DNA of 56,142 bases from Octopus bimaculoides (Eukaryota): the NCBI RefSeq assembly GCF_001194135.2, contig NC_068987.1, positions 23,633,051-23,689,192 on the forward strand, read 5' to 3'. The notes under the pieces are model-generated. The model searched no databases. It had not been told where the DNA came from and saw nothing but the letters and a program-made list of their open reading frames with translations. A program made the position numbers and the translations under genes. Positions 14,410 through 26,416 of this stretch are shown here, in pieces; position 1 is the stretch's first letter; every line of letters begins with the position of its first letter.

Positions 14410-14650
14410 CTGAAAGAGGCCTCATGGCAGGCCCCACGGCAGGCCCCACACCAGATGGCTGGACATGATTGAGGAAGATCTCCAGAGGATTGCTTTCACC
14501 ATGGAGGATGTAGAGGGGCTGGCATGAGGCTGCTAGCAATGGAGAGTATGGATGGCCTTGATCGGCTCTATGCCTGATGAAGCCTCTGGGACCACTAACT
14601 TGGATTGACCCCAGCCCCATCAAGTAAGAGCATGAAGTAAACAAGAAAGC
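14410..14650 (+). mobile_element. Decayed RTE-like LINE ORF2 C-terminus and tail
   Basis: One frame reads KRPHGRPHGRPHTRWLDMIEEDLQR..LA*GC*QWR (the GRPxxRWxD..WR motif), followed by CAAGTAA-like tail units. Confidence 0.62.
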
Positions 14651-15075
14651 ATTTATATATATATATATATATATATNNNNNNNNNNNNNNNNNNNNNNNN
14701 NNNNNNNNNNNNNNNNNNNNNNNNNNNNNNNNNNNNNNNNNNNNNNNNNNNNNNNNNNNNNNNNNNNNNNNNNNNNNNNNNNNNNNNNNNNNNNNNNNNN
14801 NNNNNNNNNNNNNNNNNNNNNNNNNNNNNNNNNNNNNNNNNNNNNNNNNNNNNNNNNNNNNNNNNNNNNNNNNNNNNNNNNNNNNNNNNNNNNNNNNNNN
14901 NNNNNNNNNNNNNNNNNNNNNNNNNNNNNNNNNNNNNNNNNNNNNNNNNNNNNNNNNNNNNNNNNNNNNNNNNNNNNNNNNNNNNNNNNNNNNNNNNNNN
15001 NNNNNNNNNNNNNNNNNNNNNNNNNNNNNNNNNNNNNNNNNNNNNNNNNNNNNNNNNNNNNNNNNNNNNNNNNNN

Positions 15076-15109
<34 letters not shown>

Positions 15110-15139
15110 TACCTCACTTGTGCTTGTGTCACATAAAAA

Positions 15140-15273
15140 GCATTAAGTCCACGCTGCTGAGTGGTTGGTGTTAGGAAGGGCATCCAGCTGTAAAGTCAGT
15201 TACAGTTGTTGTCAAACCATCCCACCCATGCCAGCATGGAAAGCAGATGTTAAACGACGATGATGATGATGAT
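15140..15273 (+). mobile_element. Older RTE-type 3' end
   Basis: GAGTGGTTGGTGTTAGGAAGGGCATCCAGCTGT..CCCATGCCAGCATGGAAAGCAGATGTTAAAC(GAT)n. More degenerate copies at ~13470-13620, ~16390-16484 and (-) ~1190-1330, ~35815-35850. Confidence 0.7.
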
Positions 15274-15398
15274 ATATATATATTTAAGGGGAACAGTTTT
15301 TCTTTTATGCATATTTCATAATACAAGATTATGTTCAAGTATTTTGTATTATTTACACTTTTCATATTTTCTTAACAGCTTTTTATGATTAGTTTGGA

Positions 15399-15622
15399 AC
15401 AGCTCCTAAATCCATATTCAACCATTCTGGACTTTCACAGTCTCATTCTCAAGAATTTAATTGAATATATTTAGGAGCTGTGTTGTTTCTTATAAACTGA
15501 TGCATGATACTAACAGTAGTTAAAAAAAAAACTTTGCAAGAAAGTTTACATGCATTCAGTTAGTTTATAAGAAACAACACCAACATCAAAGGCATTCAAT
15601 TCAGTTCTTGAAAATGAGACTG
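15399..15622. repeat. Overlapping inverted repeats (branched fold-back)
   Basis: 15399-15421/15461-15481; 15438-15466/15594-15622; 15480-15506/15549-15580. Confidence 0.75.
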
Positions 15623-16153
15623 AATGTTTTGATAAGTGCATGGCTGTATAGTTAAGAAGCTTGCTTCCTAATCACTTGGTTCCATGTTTGGTCTCACTGT
15701 TTGGTGCCTTGGGCAAGTATCTTCTGTTATAGCCCTAGGCTGACTGAAGCTTTGTAATGGATTCAATAGATGGTAGATGGAAACTGAAAGAAGTCCATCA
15801 CATGCACACACACACATATATATATATATAATGGTATTTTTTTATTAGTTTAAAGCTTATAGCAATCAATCACCGTGCAAATGACTAAAGAAAATAGTCT
15901 TATAATAATGGGGCATATAAGCCTACATTAGAAAAAAGTAGGCTTTCCTATATGCGTGGGAAAGTCTACTTTTTTCTGTCATGGACTTTGCCCCATTATT
16001 ATTAGACTTTTTCCTTAGTCATTTCCATGGTGATCGCTATAAACTTGAAGCTTATAAAAAAAAGTACCATTATTATTTACAAAATTGTAAAACTCGACAC
16101 TGCTTAACAAAACCATTCATACTGAAATATATATATATGTGTGTGTGTGCGTG

Positions 16154-16195
<42 letters not shown>

Positions 16196-17134
16196 CATCT
16201 ATCTATCTATCTATCTATCTATGTGTATGTGTGTGTGTGTCAGTGTGTTTATGAGTTGGTCTCTTTTGTTTTACTGTCATGTGATTGTTGTAAACAAGTG
16301 TTACTAGCATACAAGTAGAGTTCTTTATTTCAAAACATTCATAGGAACGTGTTCAACCCTGAGGAAATATTAACTTCCTTGGAAACAGGTGATGGTTGGC
16401 CATAGGAAATCTGCCTCAAGAAATTCCATCCAACTAATGCAAGCATGGAAAATAGAATATTAAAATGATAATGATGATGATGATATATATATATATAATA
16501 AAGGTGGCTTATTAGCAATTTACAACAGAATGGCAGAACTATAGATGTCACTAAAGTGACTAAAGGTACTAGTAAGCACCAGCATTGCTAGAAATAAGAG
16601 TTAAAACAACTTTTAGCCATGATAAAGCACTTATCTTATAACTGACAAGGGAGTCAAGCTCCCTACAGCATCCAGGGCATAACCAGATTACCAGTGATAT
16701 TGCATTTATAGTAATGCTCATCAGTGGCTCTTACCCAGCTGCCTAGGGTTAAACTGGCTTGCCTTGTCAGTTTACAAGATTTGCTGTAGAAATCCCATGC
16801 TGATTTCATAAATGGTAAAAGTGAAAATTATAAATAATACAGGTGACTTATTAGCAATTTATAACCAAAAAGGCAGAGTTATAGATGTCACTAAAGTGAC
16901 AAAAAAGAGTCAAAACAAATCGTGGCTACAGTTTCTAGAACTCTCCCAGATGGGAGATTTTGTGTTTTAATATTTCATTTAGTCATTAATAACCTGGTGT
17001 AAGGACTCATTATACATATGCTTCAAAACAAAGTGTTAGACAAGTATAGAGCAGTAATAAGAAAATGAGATGACAAAGGAAAAAATGATTATGTTATGAA
17101 CTTCATTAGCTTACAGAGCCTCGAATATATTCAA

Positions 17135-17215
17135 GGCTCTGATGAAGCTATAGAGTGTTATTCAGACACTCAACTATGAGGCCACGGCATCTTAAAGCAG
17201 AAACAGCTGTAAGTT
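17135..17215 (+). ncRNA. Putative minimal type-I hammerhead ribozyme, intact core
   Basis: Stem I GGCT(17135-38)/AGTT(17212-15); CTGATGA 17139-45; stem II GCT/AGC around an inner hairpin GAGTGT/ACACTC; GAAA 17200-03; C-AGCT-G stem III; GTA cleavage triplet 17209-11. A.A at the base of stem II. Folded by eye. Confidence 0.55.
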
Positions 17216-17479
17216 CATGAAGTTCAGGACATAATCGTTTTTATCTTTATCATCTCATTTTCTTATATAATTAATCATCATTCCTTACGGTTGTTTCAAT
17301 TAATACTCAGTAAATATAGAATTTATATGACCTGAGCATAATATCTTCAGAAGGAAAAAAATATACCCTAGGATGTTTTATATGCATTTATGGATTCATT
17401 ATAGCAGACTGAATGATACTGTTTATGATTTGTATTGTTATATGTAGCGCAGTGAAAGTACATGATAAAAATATGACTA

Positions 17480-17482
<3 letters not shown>

Positions 17483-17553
<71 letters not shown>

Positions 17554-17560
17554 TAATAAT
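17483..17560. repeat. (AAT)n microsatellite
   Basis: Long, nearly pure AAT run. Confidence 0.95.
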
Positions 17561-17790
17561 ACATTAATATTGTAATATACTTTTTATGTATCATTTATTG
17601 ACATTTCTTGCAGCTTTTCAGTATGGTTTATTATATATTTATTTGTGTTCTTTCAAGACAAATTCACATAATTTTCATGTGGCTATGCAAAGAAGAAACA
17701 CAAAGAAGAGGCCAATACACAAAAGGAACATTTTATATGTTTTAGCTGAATAGAAAAAAATATATTTTCATGCTTTTAGGCTGACTTGAA

Positions 17791-17935
17791 TACTATGGTG
17801 ACTACATTAAAATGTTCACTACATTAATGACTCATTAACATGTTGACCACATTAACATGGTTACAACATTAACACGTTCACTACATTAATATGGTGACTA
17901 CATTAACATATTGACATGTTCACTACATTAGCATG
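17791..17935. repeat. ~17-bp minisatellite (CTACATTAACATGGTGA-like)
   Basis: About 8 degenerate ACTACATTAA-containing units. Confidence 0.75.
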
Positions 17936-18211
17936 TATATATATAACATAATGCAAACGTGTAGCTTTTTGTGCACTTTGTTTGCAGAAAATAAAGAAAT
18001 ATCAGTAATAACGTCAGTGAAAAAAAAATATTAAGTAAATTACCTTTACATATTTATCACTATCAGTTACAAGCCCAACATCACAAAATGTGCCTGAAAA
18101 AACATTGCCGGACTGCAAATAGAGACTCGGACATTGCTTAGAAAATATTTTTCATTTTTAACCTTGTATATAGTATGCACTAGGGATTTTGTCCTTTAAA
18201 TTTGGGGAAAA

Positions 18212-18242
18212 AAGTGCGGATTATACTCGAGGATTTACGGTA
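18212..18242. mobile_element. Isolated pogo/Tc1-like terminal inverted repeat
   Basis: AAGTGCGGATTATACTCGAGGATTTACGG|TA, i.e. TA|CCGTAAATCCTCGAGTATAATCCGCAC on the - strand; partner TIR not seen. Confidence 0.45.
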
Positions 18243-18261
18243 CATACAAATTGAAATCCAG

Positions 18262-18594
18262 AAAACAGAAAAATGGAGAAGTAGCATTAATATAATTTAT
18301 TAACTGCAAAAATTCGACATGTTCACTTACAGCTGTTTCGATTTTGCCCAAAAGAATTAAATTCCAGTAATTAAAACATTTTATTGGGTAAAATATGTTG
18401 AGATGTTTTGGAAGAATAACATGTAATAACCTAACGATATGTCATTTTTACTCCTCTGATGAGATTTTGCCCAATAAAATATTTTAATTGGAATTTAATT
18501 CTTTCAGGCAAAATTGAAACACCTGTAAGTGAACATGTTGAATTTTTGCAGTTAATAAATTGTATTAATACTACTTCTCCATTTTCTGGGTTTT
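18262..18594. repeat. ~335-bp fold-back repeat (arms ~130 bp, spacer ~70 bp)
   Basis: AAAATGGAGAAGTAGCATTAAT..ACAGCTGTTTCGATTTTGCCC..TTTTATTGGGTAAAAT mirrors ATTTTGCCCAATAAAA..GGCAAAATTGAAACACCTGT..ATTAATACTACTTCTCCATTTT. A related end occurs at ~38915 (GAAAACAGAAAATGGAGAAGTA..ACAGCTGTTTC). Confidence 0.85.
18452..18531 (+). ncRNA. Putative hammerhead ribozyme in the right arm of a fold-back repeat
   Basis: CTGATGA 18456-62; 9-bp stem II GATTTTGCC/GGCAAAATT; GAAA 18516-19; C-ACCT-G-TA 18520-27; stem I weak (about 2 bp). Confidence 0.55.
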
Positions 18595-19342
18595 AATTTG
18601 AATATTTATAAACCAAGATTTATACTTAAACCTATTATTTTAGGAATATTTCTATTCACACCAAAATAATAGGTAACAAACCAGTAATTCATTGGATATT
18701 TCCTATCACTTAAGGTGGTTATTTTAACCTAGGTATGTAGGGAGGTAGATAGGTATGTAGATAGATAGGTAGACTTTTAGACAAACAGATAGACAGACAG
18801 ATGGACAGACGGACGGACAGATGGACAGACAGACAGACAGACAGATAGATAGATAGAATTTAGACAAATGCATGGTATGAGGAAGTATATGCAGATAAAT
18901 AGATATAGCTAAATGGAGAGATAGGGAGAAAAAAGAATGAGAGTGAGAAAGCGAGAGCAAGAGAAGGAGAGACAAATATAGAAAGATAGAAAGATTAAAA
19001 AGATAGAAAGATAGAAAAAAAGATTAGCTTGTTAATAGATGAAAGACAGACAGACTGACTGACATGTATGAAGAGATCAACTTAAAAAAATAAAAACCTG
19101 TTAAACGAGTTTTTCCAATATTTTTTTTTCTTTTCCTACTTCCCCACCACACCCCCACAATCATATCTTGTTGGGTATGCACTTACAGAAATGTGTGAGT
19201 AACCATCGCCTTTACTGTATTTCTAGTGTCTTTTAATGAGTAAGTTTACAGGGTAGATATCCAACACACCTCCTCATACTCTAGAGCGGAAGAAAACCTA
19301 ACCACAATTTGACAGGTAATCAAGTAGCCCCCTTCCTCCGAA

Positions 19343-19942
19343 ATGTTCGGGCGTTCAGCATATTCAGTTACAAGTCAAGTGCAGTCTTCAAAACAGACAG
19401 ACAGTAACCAAGATGAGAACATGAAAAGCCTATCTGCTATGGCGACCTCTACAGAAAAGGAACGTGAGGGTGCACCAACAACTTGGACACCAGAGTGGTC
19501 AACTGAATCAGTGGATCTGAAGGAATTCCAAGCAAAAAACTCTATCCCTAATTTTGCGAAAGTAACCAAGGGTCAATACATGAATATTGGTCAGTCCCGG
19601 TTTTCACTACAGAAATCTCACACTCAGCTCTATATCCACAGTTTTGAAAGTTGTATAAAAGTGTTATCTCACAGTGTTCAAAGGGTGACTGAAAACCAGC
19701 CCACAGGACCATACAAGCAACGGATATCCAGCAAAAAGCTACTTGCCTTGCAACAACGGCTTGCTATCCCAATTGGTTATGAAGGATGGTTTGAAATCCT
19801 ATCTGAGGATGGTAGAGGATCTCGTCCCATTGAGACTGTTCAGGGACTTGCAAAGGTATTTCCAGAAAAATGTCTAGTGCGCCAGGATATTGTTGCATAC
19901 GGCACTAATGAAGATGGCAAACTTAGCAGTAATGTTACTAAG
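19343..19942 (+). CDS. CABIT-domain adaptor protein (THEMIS/GAREM/Serrano-like), first coding exon (200 codons)
   Basis: Complex non-repetitive ORF from ATG 19343 (in-frame TAG at 19325-27 upstream). It contains LAIPIGYEGWFEILSEDG...PIETVQGLAKVFPEKCLVRQDI, matching the CABIT pattern (xIPxxYxGxF...xSVxELxxxxPxxVxV) as I recall it. Coding ends at donor AAG|GTATGT (GT 19943-44), phase 0; downstream the ORF decays into (TATC)n/(TA)n. Family call is by motif recognition; no HMM was run. Confidence 0.8.
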
Positions 19943-20059
19943 GTATGTCAAAAAAAATCTGATTTAAGTTGCTCATGGATATTGACAGAAAACCCTGATG
20001 TACCTTCTTTGTTGTCTTATTCACCCATTCAACTGTTTGCTCTTCTGTCTATCTATTTG

Positions 20060-20100
<41 letters not shown>

Positions 20101-20126
20101 ATGCATTCTACTTACCTGTCTACCTA

Positions 20127-20163
<37 letters not shown>

Positions 20164-20782
20164 NNNNNNNNNNNNNNNNNNNNNNNNNNNNNNNNNNNNN
20201 NNNNNNNNNNNNNNNNNNNNNNNNNNNNNNNNNNNNNNNNNNNNNNNNNNNNNNNNNNNNNNNNNNNNNNNNNNNNNNNNNNNNNNNNNNNNNNNNNNNN
20301 NNNNNNNNNNNNNNNNNNNNNNNNNNNNNNNNNNNNNNNNNNNNNNNNNNNNNNNNNNNNNNNNNNNNNNNNNNNNNNNNNNNNNNNNNNNNNNNNNNNN
20401 NNNNNNNNNNNNNNNNNNNNNNNNNNNNNNNNNNNNNNNNNNNNNNNNNNNNNNNNNNNNNNNNNNNNNNNNNNNNNNNNNNNNNNNNNNNNNNNNNNNN
20501 NNNNNNNNNNNNNNNNNNNNNNNNNNNNNNNNNNNNNNNNNNNNNNNNNNNNNNNNNNNNNNNNNNNNNNNNNNNNNNNNNNNNNNNNNNNNNNNNNNNN
20601 NNNNNNNNNNNNNNNNNNNNNNNNNNNNNNNNNNNNNNNNNNNNNNNNNNNNNNNNNNNNNNNNNNNNNNNNNNNNNNNNNNNNNNNNNNNNNNNNNNNN
20701 NNNNNNNNNNNNNNNNNNNNNNNNNNNNNNNNNNNNNNNNNNNNNNNNNNNNNNNNNNNNNNNNNNNNNNNNNNNNNNNNNN

Positions 20783-20840
<58 letters not shown>

Positions 20841-21119
20841 GTATAAAATGTTGATAATATATATATATATATACATACACATCTCTATCTATCTGTCAAA
20901 TATTATATCTACCTTGGGAAACAACTCTCTTCCTGGACACTTACAGTATGTGTGTGTGTGTGTGGTGCTCCAGCATGACCGCAGCCACTTGGCTGAAACC
21001 CATAAATAAATAAATAAAAATATATATATAATGTAGTGTATATATATGCACCCACACACATATATATATATATATATTTACATGCATATATATGTATACA
21101 TATATGCATTATATATTAT

Positions 21120-21420
21120 ACATGATGGACTCTCCTGTCGTTAGATGATGTATGAGTGTTCAACAATTTCTTACCGAACAACCACACAGATGATTTGTTT
21201 ATAGTGATCAAATGTTTGTGTTGACATAAGCTCACTCCCTCCATCAGATTAACATTCTCTGTACAGATGCAACAGGTGCCACATGTCGGATGTCAAAATG
21301 ATTACAGAGCAACGTGAAATGAAGAGCTTTTCTCAAGAACACAGCGCAACGCCCAGTCAGAGAATCGAACCCACGATCTCGCAATCATGAGTGCAACAGC
21401 ATTAAGCCACGTGCCTTCAC
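21120..21420 (-). mobile_element. tRNA-derived SINE (third family), minus strand
   Basis: GAGCAACGTGAAATGAAG..CTCAAGAACAC..GAGAATCGAACCCACGATCTCG (reverse B-box). Related copies at ~43340-43640(-) and ~8860-9075(-); a probable 3' part of a related family at ~1700-1888(-). Confidence 0.7.
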
Positions 21421-21550
21421 AATGGTTGAGGACAAAATTCATGCACTGAGTTAGAATTATGCTTTTTTATATATTTTTGTGGTGTGTGTGTTCAATCAGT
21501 TCATTATTTTAACATGGTGCACAAACTTTTTCCTCAACCTAGTATGTATG

Positions 21551-21607
<57 letters not shown>

Positions 21608-23109
21608 NNNNNNNNNNNNNNNNNNNNNNNNNNNNNNNNNNNNNNNNNNNNNNNNNNNNNNNNNNNNNNNNNNNNNNNNNNNNNNNNNNNNNNNNNNNNN
21701 NNNNNNNNNNNNNNNNNNNNNNNNNNNNNNNNNNNNNNNNNNNNNNNNNNNNNNNNNNNNNNNNNNNNNNNNNNNNNNNNNNNNNNNNNNNNNNNNNNNN
21801 NNNNNNNNNNNNNNNNNNNNNNNNNNNNNNNNNNNNNNNNNNNNNNNNNNNNNNNNNNNNNNNNNNNNNNNNNNNNNNNNNNNNNNNNNNNNNNNNNNNN
21901 NNNNNNNNNNNNNNNNNNNNNNNNNNNNNNNNNNNNNNNNNNNNNNNNNNNNNNNNNNNNNNNNNNNNNNNNNNNNNNNNNNNNNNNNNNNNNNNNNNNN
22001 NNNNNNNNNNNNNNNNNNNNNNNNNNNNNNNNNNNNNNNNNNNNNNNNNNNNNNNNNNNNNNNNNNNNNNNNNNNNNNNNNNNNNNNNNNNNNNNNNNNN
22101 NNNNNNNNNNNNNNNNNNNNNNNNNNNNNNNNNNNNNNNNNNNNNNNNNNNNNNNNNNNNNNNNNNNNNNNNNNNNNNNNNNNNNNNNNNNNNNNNNNNN
22201 NNNNNNNNNNNNNNNNNNNNNNNNNNNNNNNNNNNNNNNNNNNNNNNNNNNNNNNNNNNNNNNNNNNNNNNNNNNNNNNNNNNNNNNNNNNNNNNNNNNN
22301 NNNNNNNNNNNNNNNNNNNNNNNNNNNNNNNNNNNNNNNNNNNNNNNNNNNNNNNNNNNNNNNNNNNNNNNNNNNNNNNNNNNNNNNNNNNNNNNNNNNN
22401 NNNNNNNNNNNNNNNNNNNNNNNNNNNNNNNNNNNNNNNNNNNNNNNNNNNNNNNNNNNNNNNNNNNNNNNNNNNNNNNNNNNNNNNNNNNNNNNNNNNN
22501 NNNNNNNNNNNNNNNNNNNNNNNNNNNNNNNNNNNNNNNNNNNNNNNNNNNNNNNNNNNNNNNNNNNNNNNNNNNNNNNNNNNCACACACAAACATACAC
22601 CACCACACACACAACATCTGGATCTGGGGAGCAAAGGTTGCCATGCCTGCAATACAAGGGCATATGTAAACATGGCCTGAAAATAACTAACATCAGCCCT
22701 GTCACCTACAAAACAACCTTGGAGTACAACACTTATGAAAACAACAAAATCCAAAGAAATTACAAACCAAAGAACAAAAACCGTCAAAAGATCTGGCTGG
22801 AAAAAATAGCAAGGGGAAGTTACATCTTCTCATATGAAACCCACACACACAAAACATTCCCACAGTTGTTTGCTAAACAGTGGACAATGCTGAAGGTCAA
22901 AGAGTGGACTAATTCTCATTTCATAAGGTGTTCTATACTATCGTCTCATCATTATTCACCATAATCTGTAAGTTCAGATAATCATAAACATGTATAAATG
23001 TATGTAATAACGCTATACATATAGATTCACTTATTTGTGTGTGTGTGTATGTGTGTGAGAGAGAGAGAGGGAGAGAGAGTATGTGAGTTTATGGTATACT
23101 TTTGCAACA

Positions 23110-23520
23110 AGTCTAATTCTCATTTTCTATGACAGCCTCTGGTTCATGTTCAAACCGCTTTTCTGTTATTTTAAAGCCACATACTCAACTAATATCTCAA
23201 TGCACTCTTTTGCTTATACAGCCATGTCTGCACTTGTACTCCTTTTGTTCTAGTGTGCTGCACTTACTCAAAATGTGATTGCTATGCTTGTCTCCTTTCC
23301 AGCAGATTCTATATTTGCTATTTGACTGATTTTTGTCAATCTTTGTCTTGATCAGATTTGTTCTAAAGGTTTGTTCCTGAGTTGCTATGATTAACGTTTC
23401 TGTTTCTCGTTTCAAGTTTCCATCCATCAAACAACGCCAATGAGTTTCACTTCCAACACTTTTGGTTTGTTGTCTGAACAGGCCATGCAGTTCCACTTCT
23501 TTCCATTCTTTTCATTCTGT
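23110..23520 (-). mobile_element. Fragment of a second R4/Dong-type RLE LINE (thumb to CCHC region)
   Basis: ETETLIIATQEQTFRTN..KYRIC..HILSKC..EYKCRH, then EHEPEAVIENE; same motif order as the 26.6-30.5 kb element but a diverged sequence. Confidence 0.8.
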
Positions 23521-26187
23521 TGTTCTTTCTTTTCTCTTTGAATTCTCCTATTGTTTTTAGTCACTTTTTTGCTATTTCTGGTTGCTATTATTACGAACAT
23601 CATGATCACCATGATCATCGTGATCATCATGATCATGATCCTCCTCCTCCTCCTCCTCCTCCTCATCATCATCATCATCGTCATCATCATCATTCTTTAG
23701 TGGGTCTCACAGAATCATTAGAGTGTCAAAAAAGTGCTTTATGATATTTATTTTGGTTCTTTACATTCTGCATTCAAATCCTGCCAAGGTTAACTTTGCT
23801 GTTCATTCTTTTAGGGCTGTTAAAATAAAGTACCAATCAAGTATTGGTGTCCTTGTAATTGACTTATACACACCCTTCAAAACTGCTGGCCTTGTGCATA
23901 AATTAGACACTGTTACTATTATTAATATTGAATCATGTGGTGTGGAGACATATTTTGTTTTCTCTCTGAAACACAACTTTACTTTATTTTGGAGATAACC
24001 AAATGAAATTTTCTTTGGAGTATTTGTTAAAAAGGATTATAATATCCAAGGAAAGCCTTCCTATTATACTCAGGGTATAAATAAAAAATAAGTTTGTTTT
24101 TAGAGACTTTTTTTTATTTGCTTACATATACTGGACATCATTTTACATACAGAATAATTACCAGACACAAACATGGTACAATAACAAAAATAAATTACAC
24201 AATTGAATGAACAAAAAAAAAAAAAAAGACAGACAGAAACATTTTAAAGAACAATTAATATAAAAATATTTCAAACAGTCTAACAAATAATTTTGAAAAT
24301 AATAATGAAAATAACGACAACATTGGTGACATGATTGTAAGACATCTTAGATCACTGATATAATGACTCTGTTAATGCTGATCTTGCCTCAGTTGAAACA
24401 AACAAAATTTTAGATTTGCCACAGTTCTTGAGAAAAAAATTAAGTTTGGAAAATTTTGTAAAACTAAACCAAGTTCTTTTATTTTGTTTTTTGCTGCTGA
24501 ATCTAATCCAAGAGAGAGCAGAGAAAAATAATTACATATCTATGTTTTAAAAAAGACTGTGCCAGAATAGTATTACTTGTTATTAAATTAAAATTAAAAT
24601 TAAAATTGAAAGTGGGATAAAGTTATAGCACTGGCTACTGCACATTTAAAAGTGAAAACTCAGCTAAAACACAGTCTGACACTGTTAGATATACCTCCAT
24701 CCACACATTTGTATCCCCATATATAGGGGGCAAAGAAACATAAGGGTGATTTTAAGAGACATTGGAAATGATGTGGATCTGTGGTTGGTTTATCATTTTT
24801 GTATTGCAGTATGGACAGGTGAATAAAGCAGGGCTGATGGGAGGTAAGATGTTGTCTGGAGCATCAAAATGATTTTACAGTTCTTAGTGACCACCAAAGG
24901 ACATAGTGCTATACTAGAACAGTACTAAGTTAACAGTATTGAAATAAAATGCATAAAGTTGATGCTCCAAAACAAGCCTAGCTTTCATTTATGTTTGTAA
25001 TAAGAACCACCACAGAGCCTTCTACTTTGAAGGACTAGAAAGAATAAGACAGAAGATGAGAAAGGAAAACAATGAAGTCAAATTGAGGCAAAAACAAACT
25101 CCTGTTTCCTAAGTAGTATTTTCACAGTTCTGAGAATAGTGGAGGTTGTTGTCTCATTCCTAGTCATAGAGACAGAGAAACAGACTTCCTGTCCCTTAAC
25201 AGCAACCAGTAACACCACTCCATAGTCATATGGCAAAGAAGAGGCAATAGTTGTAGAGGAAAGTGTCCAAACTGTCTGCAAAAACGAAACAAAAAAAAAG
25301 ACCTCAGCGTAAAACAATTAAAAGGAGTGATGTGAAATGACTTCCTCAAAACAACAATGATGCCCCTCCTTGGAATAATAATGAAGAGGAAGAGGAGGAG
25401 GAAGAAGAGCTGAGAGACAGAAATCAGACAGACAACAGGTAAACCCACATAACTGTCATGCCAAGGATATTTTAATGAACTGAAAATGACAGAGGAGCAG
25501 CTTGGAATAGAGGAAACATGCAAAAGACAGGTTGTTAGTAAAAACAAAACAAAGACATAACAAATTGGAATAGTCCTACTCTGAAAACGTGGTTATTTTT
25601 ATTTTTTTTAAATGGTTAACAAATATCTCTAAGTTCACAAAACAACAATACAAGCAATGACAGGTAAGAAGGAAAGTGATGTAGGTTGGAGGTTCTAACC
25701 CAACCTAGCCAGTAGTTTTGTCTATAGTCTTTGAACAAAAACACAAAAAATGCTTTATTTCTTTTCATTATTTCTTCCTTAAATAATTGTTTCATCATAC
25801 ATTTTAACATTTATTTCCATGAAATTTCTGCTTTAACTATTTGCCAGTTTAAAGCATTTTCATAAGTTTGCTCCGAACATTCATGTTTGTTTCCAGGCTT
25901 TTAATTAGCCCATGTTCCTTATGCTCTAAATAATATTAGGCTTTCCATTCATAAGTCTCAAAGTACTCTGGTGTTTGATAAAAATTGGGAATGTGTCTCA
26001 CATAGGACAGAAAAGGATTAAAATTTTAATTTCTCGATTTATAGATTGTATCTTTTATCCCCTTTCTGCCATCTTTTTAGACACCTCACTCCTTATTCTA
26101 AGTTTCCTGCTTAATGTTTCTTTATATTTTTTCTGTATCGCTTCAAACCTTTGTTGATAATAACATAAATATTATTATTATTATTAA

Positions 26188-26400
26188 GGTAGTGAACTAG
26201 CAGAATTGTTAGCATGCCAGGCAAAATGCTGAGTGGCATTTCGTCCATTTTTACATTCTGAGTTCAAATTCCGCAAAGGTCAACTTTGCTTTTCACCATT
26301 TCAGAGTCGATAAAATAAGTACCAGTTGAACACTAGGGTCAATGTAATCAACTCATTCCTTCCTCCAAAATTACTGCCCATATGGCAAAATTTGAAACCA
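26188..26400 (+). mobile_element. tRNA-derived SINE with Meta-like central domain, copy 1
   Basis: GAGTTCAAATTCC B-box, then GGTCAACTTTGCTTTTCACC..GTCGATAAAATAAGTACCAG (resembles the MetaSINE core as I recall it); flanked by (ATT)n. Confidence 0.75.
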
Positions 26401-26416
26401 TTATTATTATTATTAA

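Noticed and set aside
14573-14590. CTGATGA hit (also 5099 -, 17344 -, 31936 +, 41193 +)
   Set aside because: No properly paired stem II followed by GAAA and NUH; these are chance matches or parts of TE sequence.
19943-20854. 3' extension of the 503-aa ORF in the track
   Set aside because: It lies past the GT donor and consists of (TATC)n, (TA)n and an N gap.
22600-22964. 108-aa ORF and possible LINE remnant
   Set aside because: No convincing motif in any frame by eye; unassignable without BLAST.
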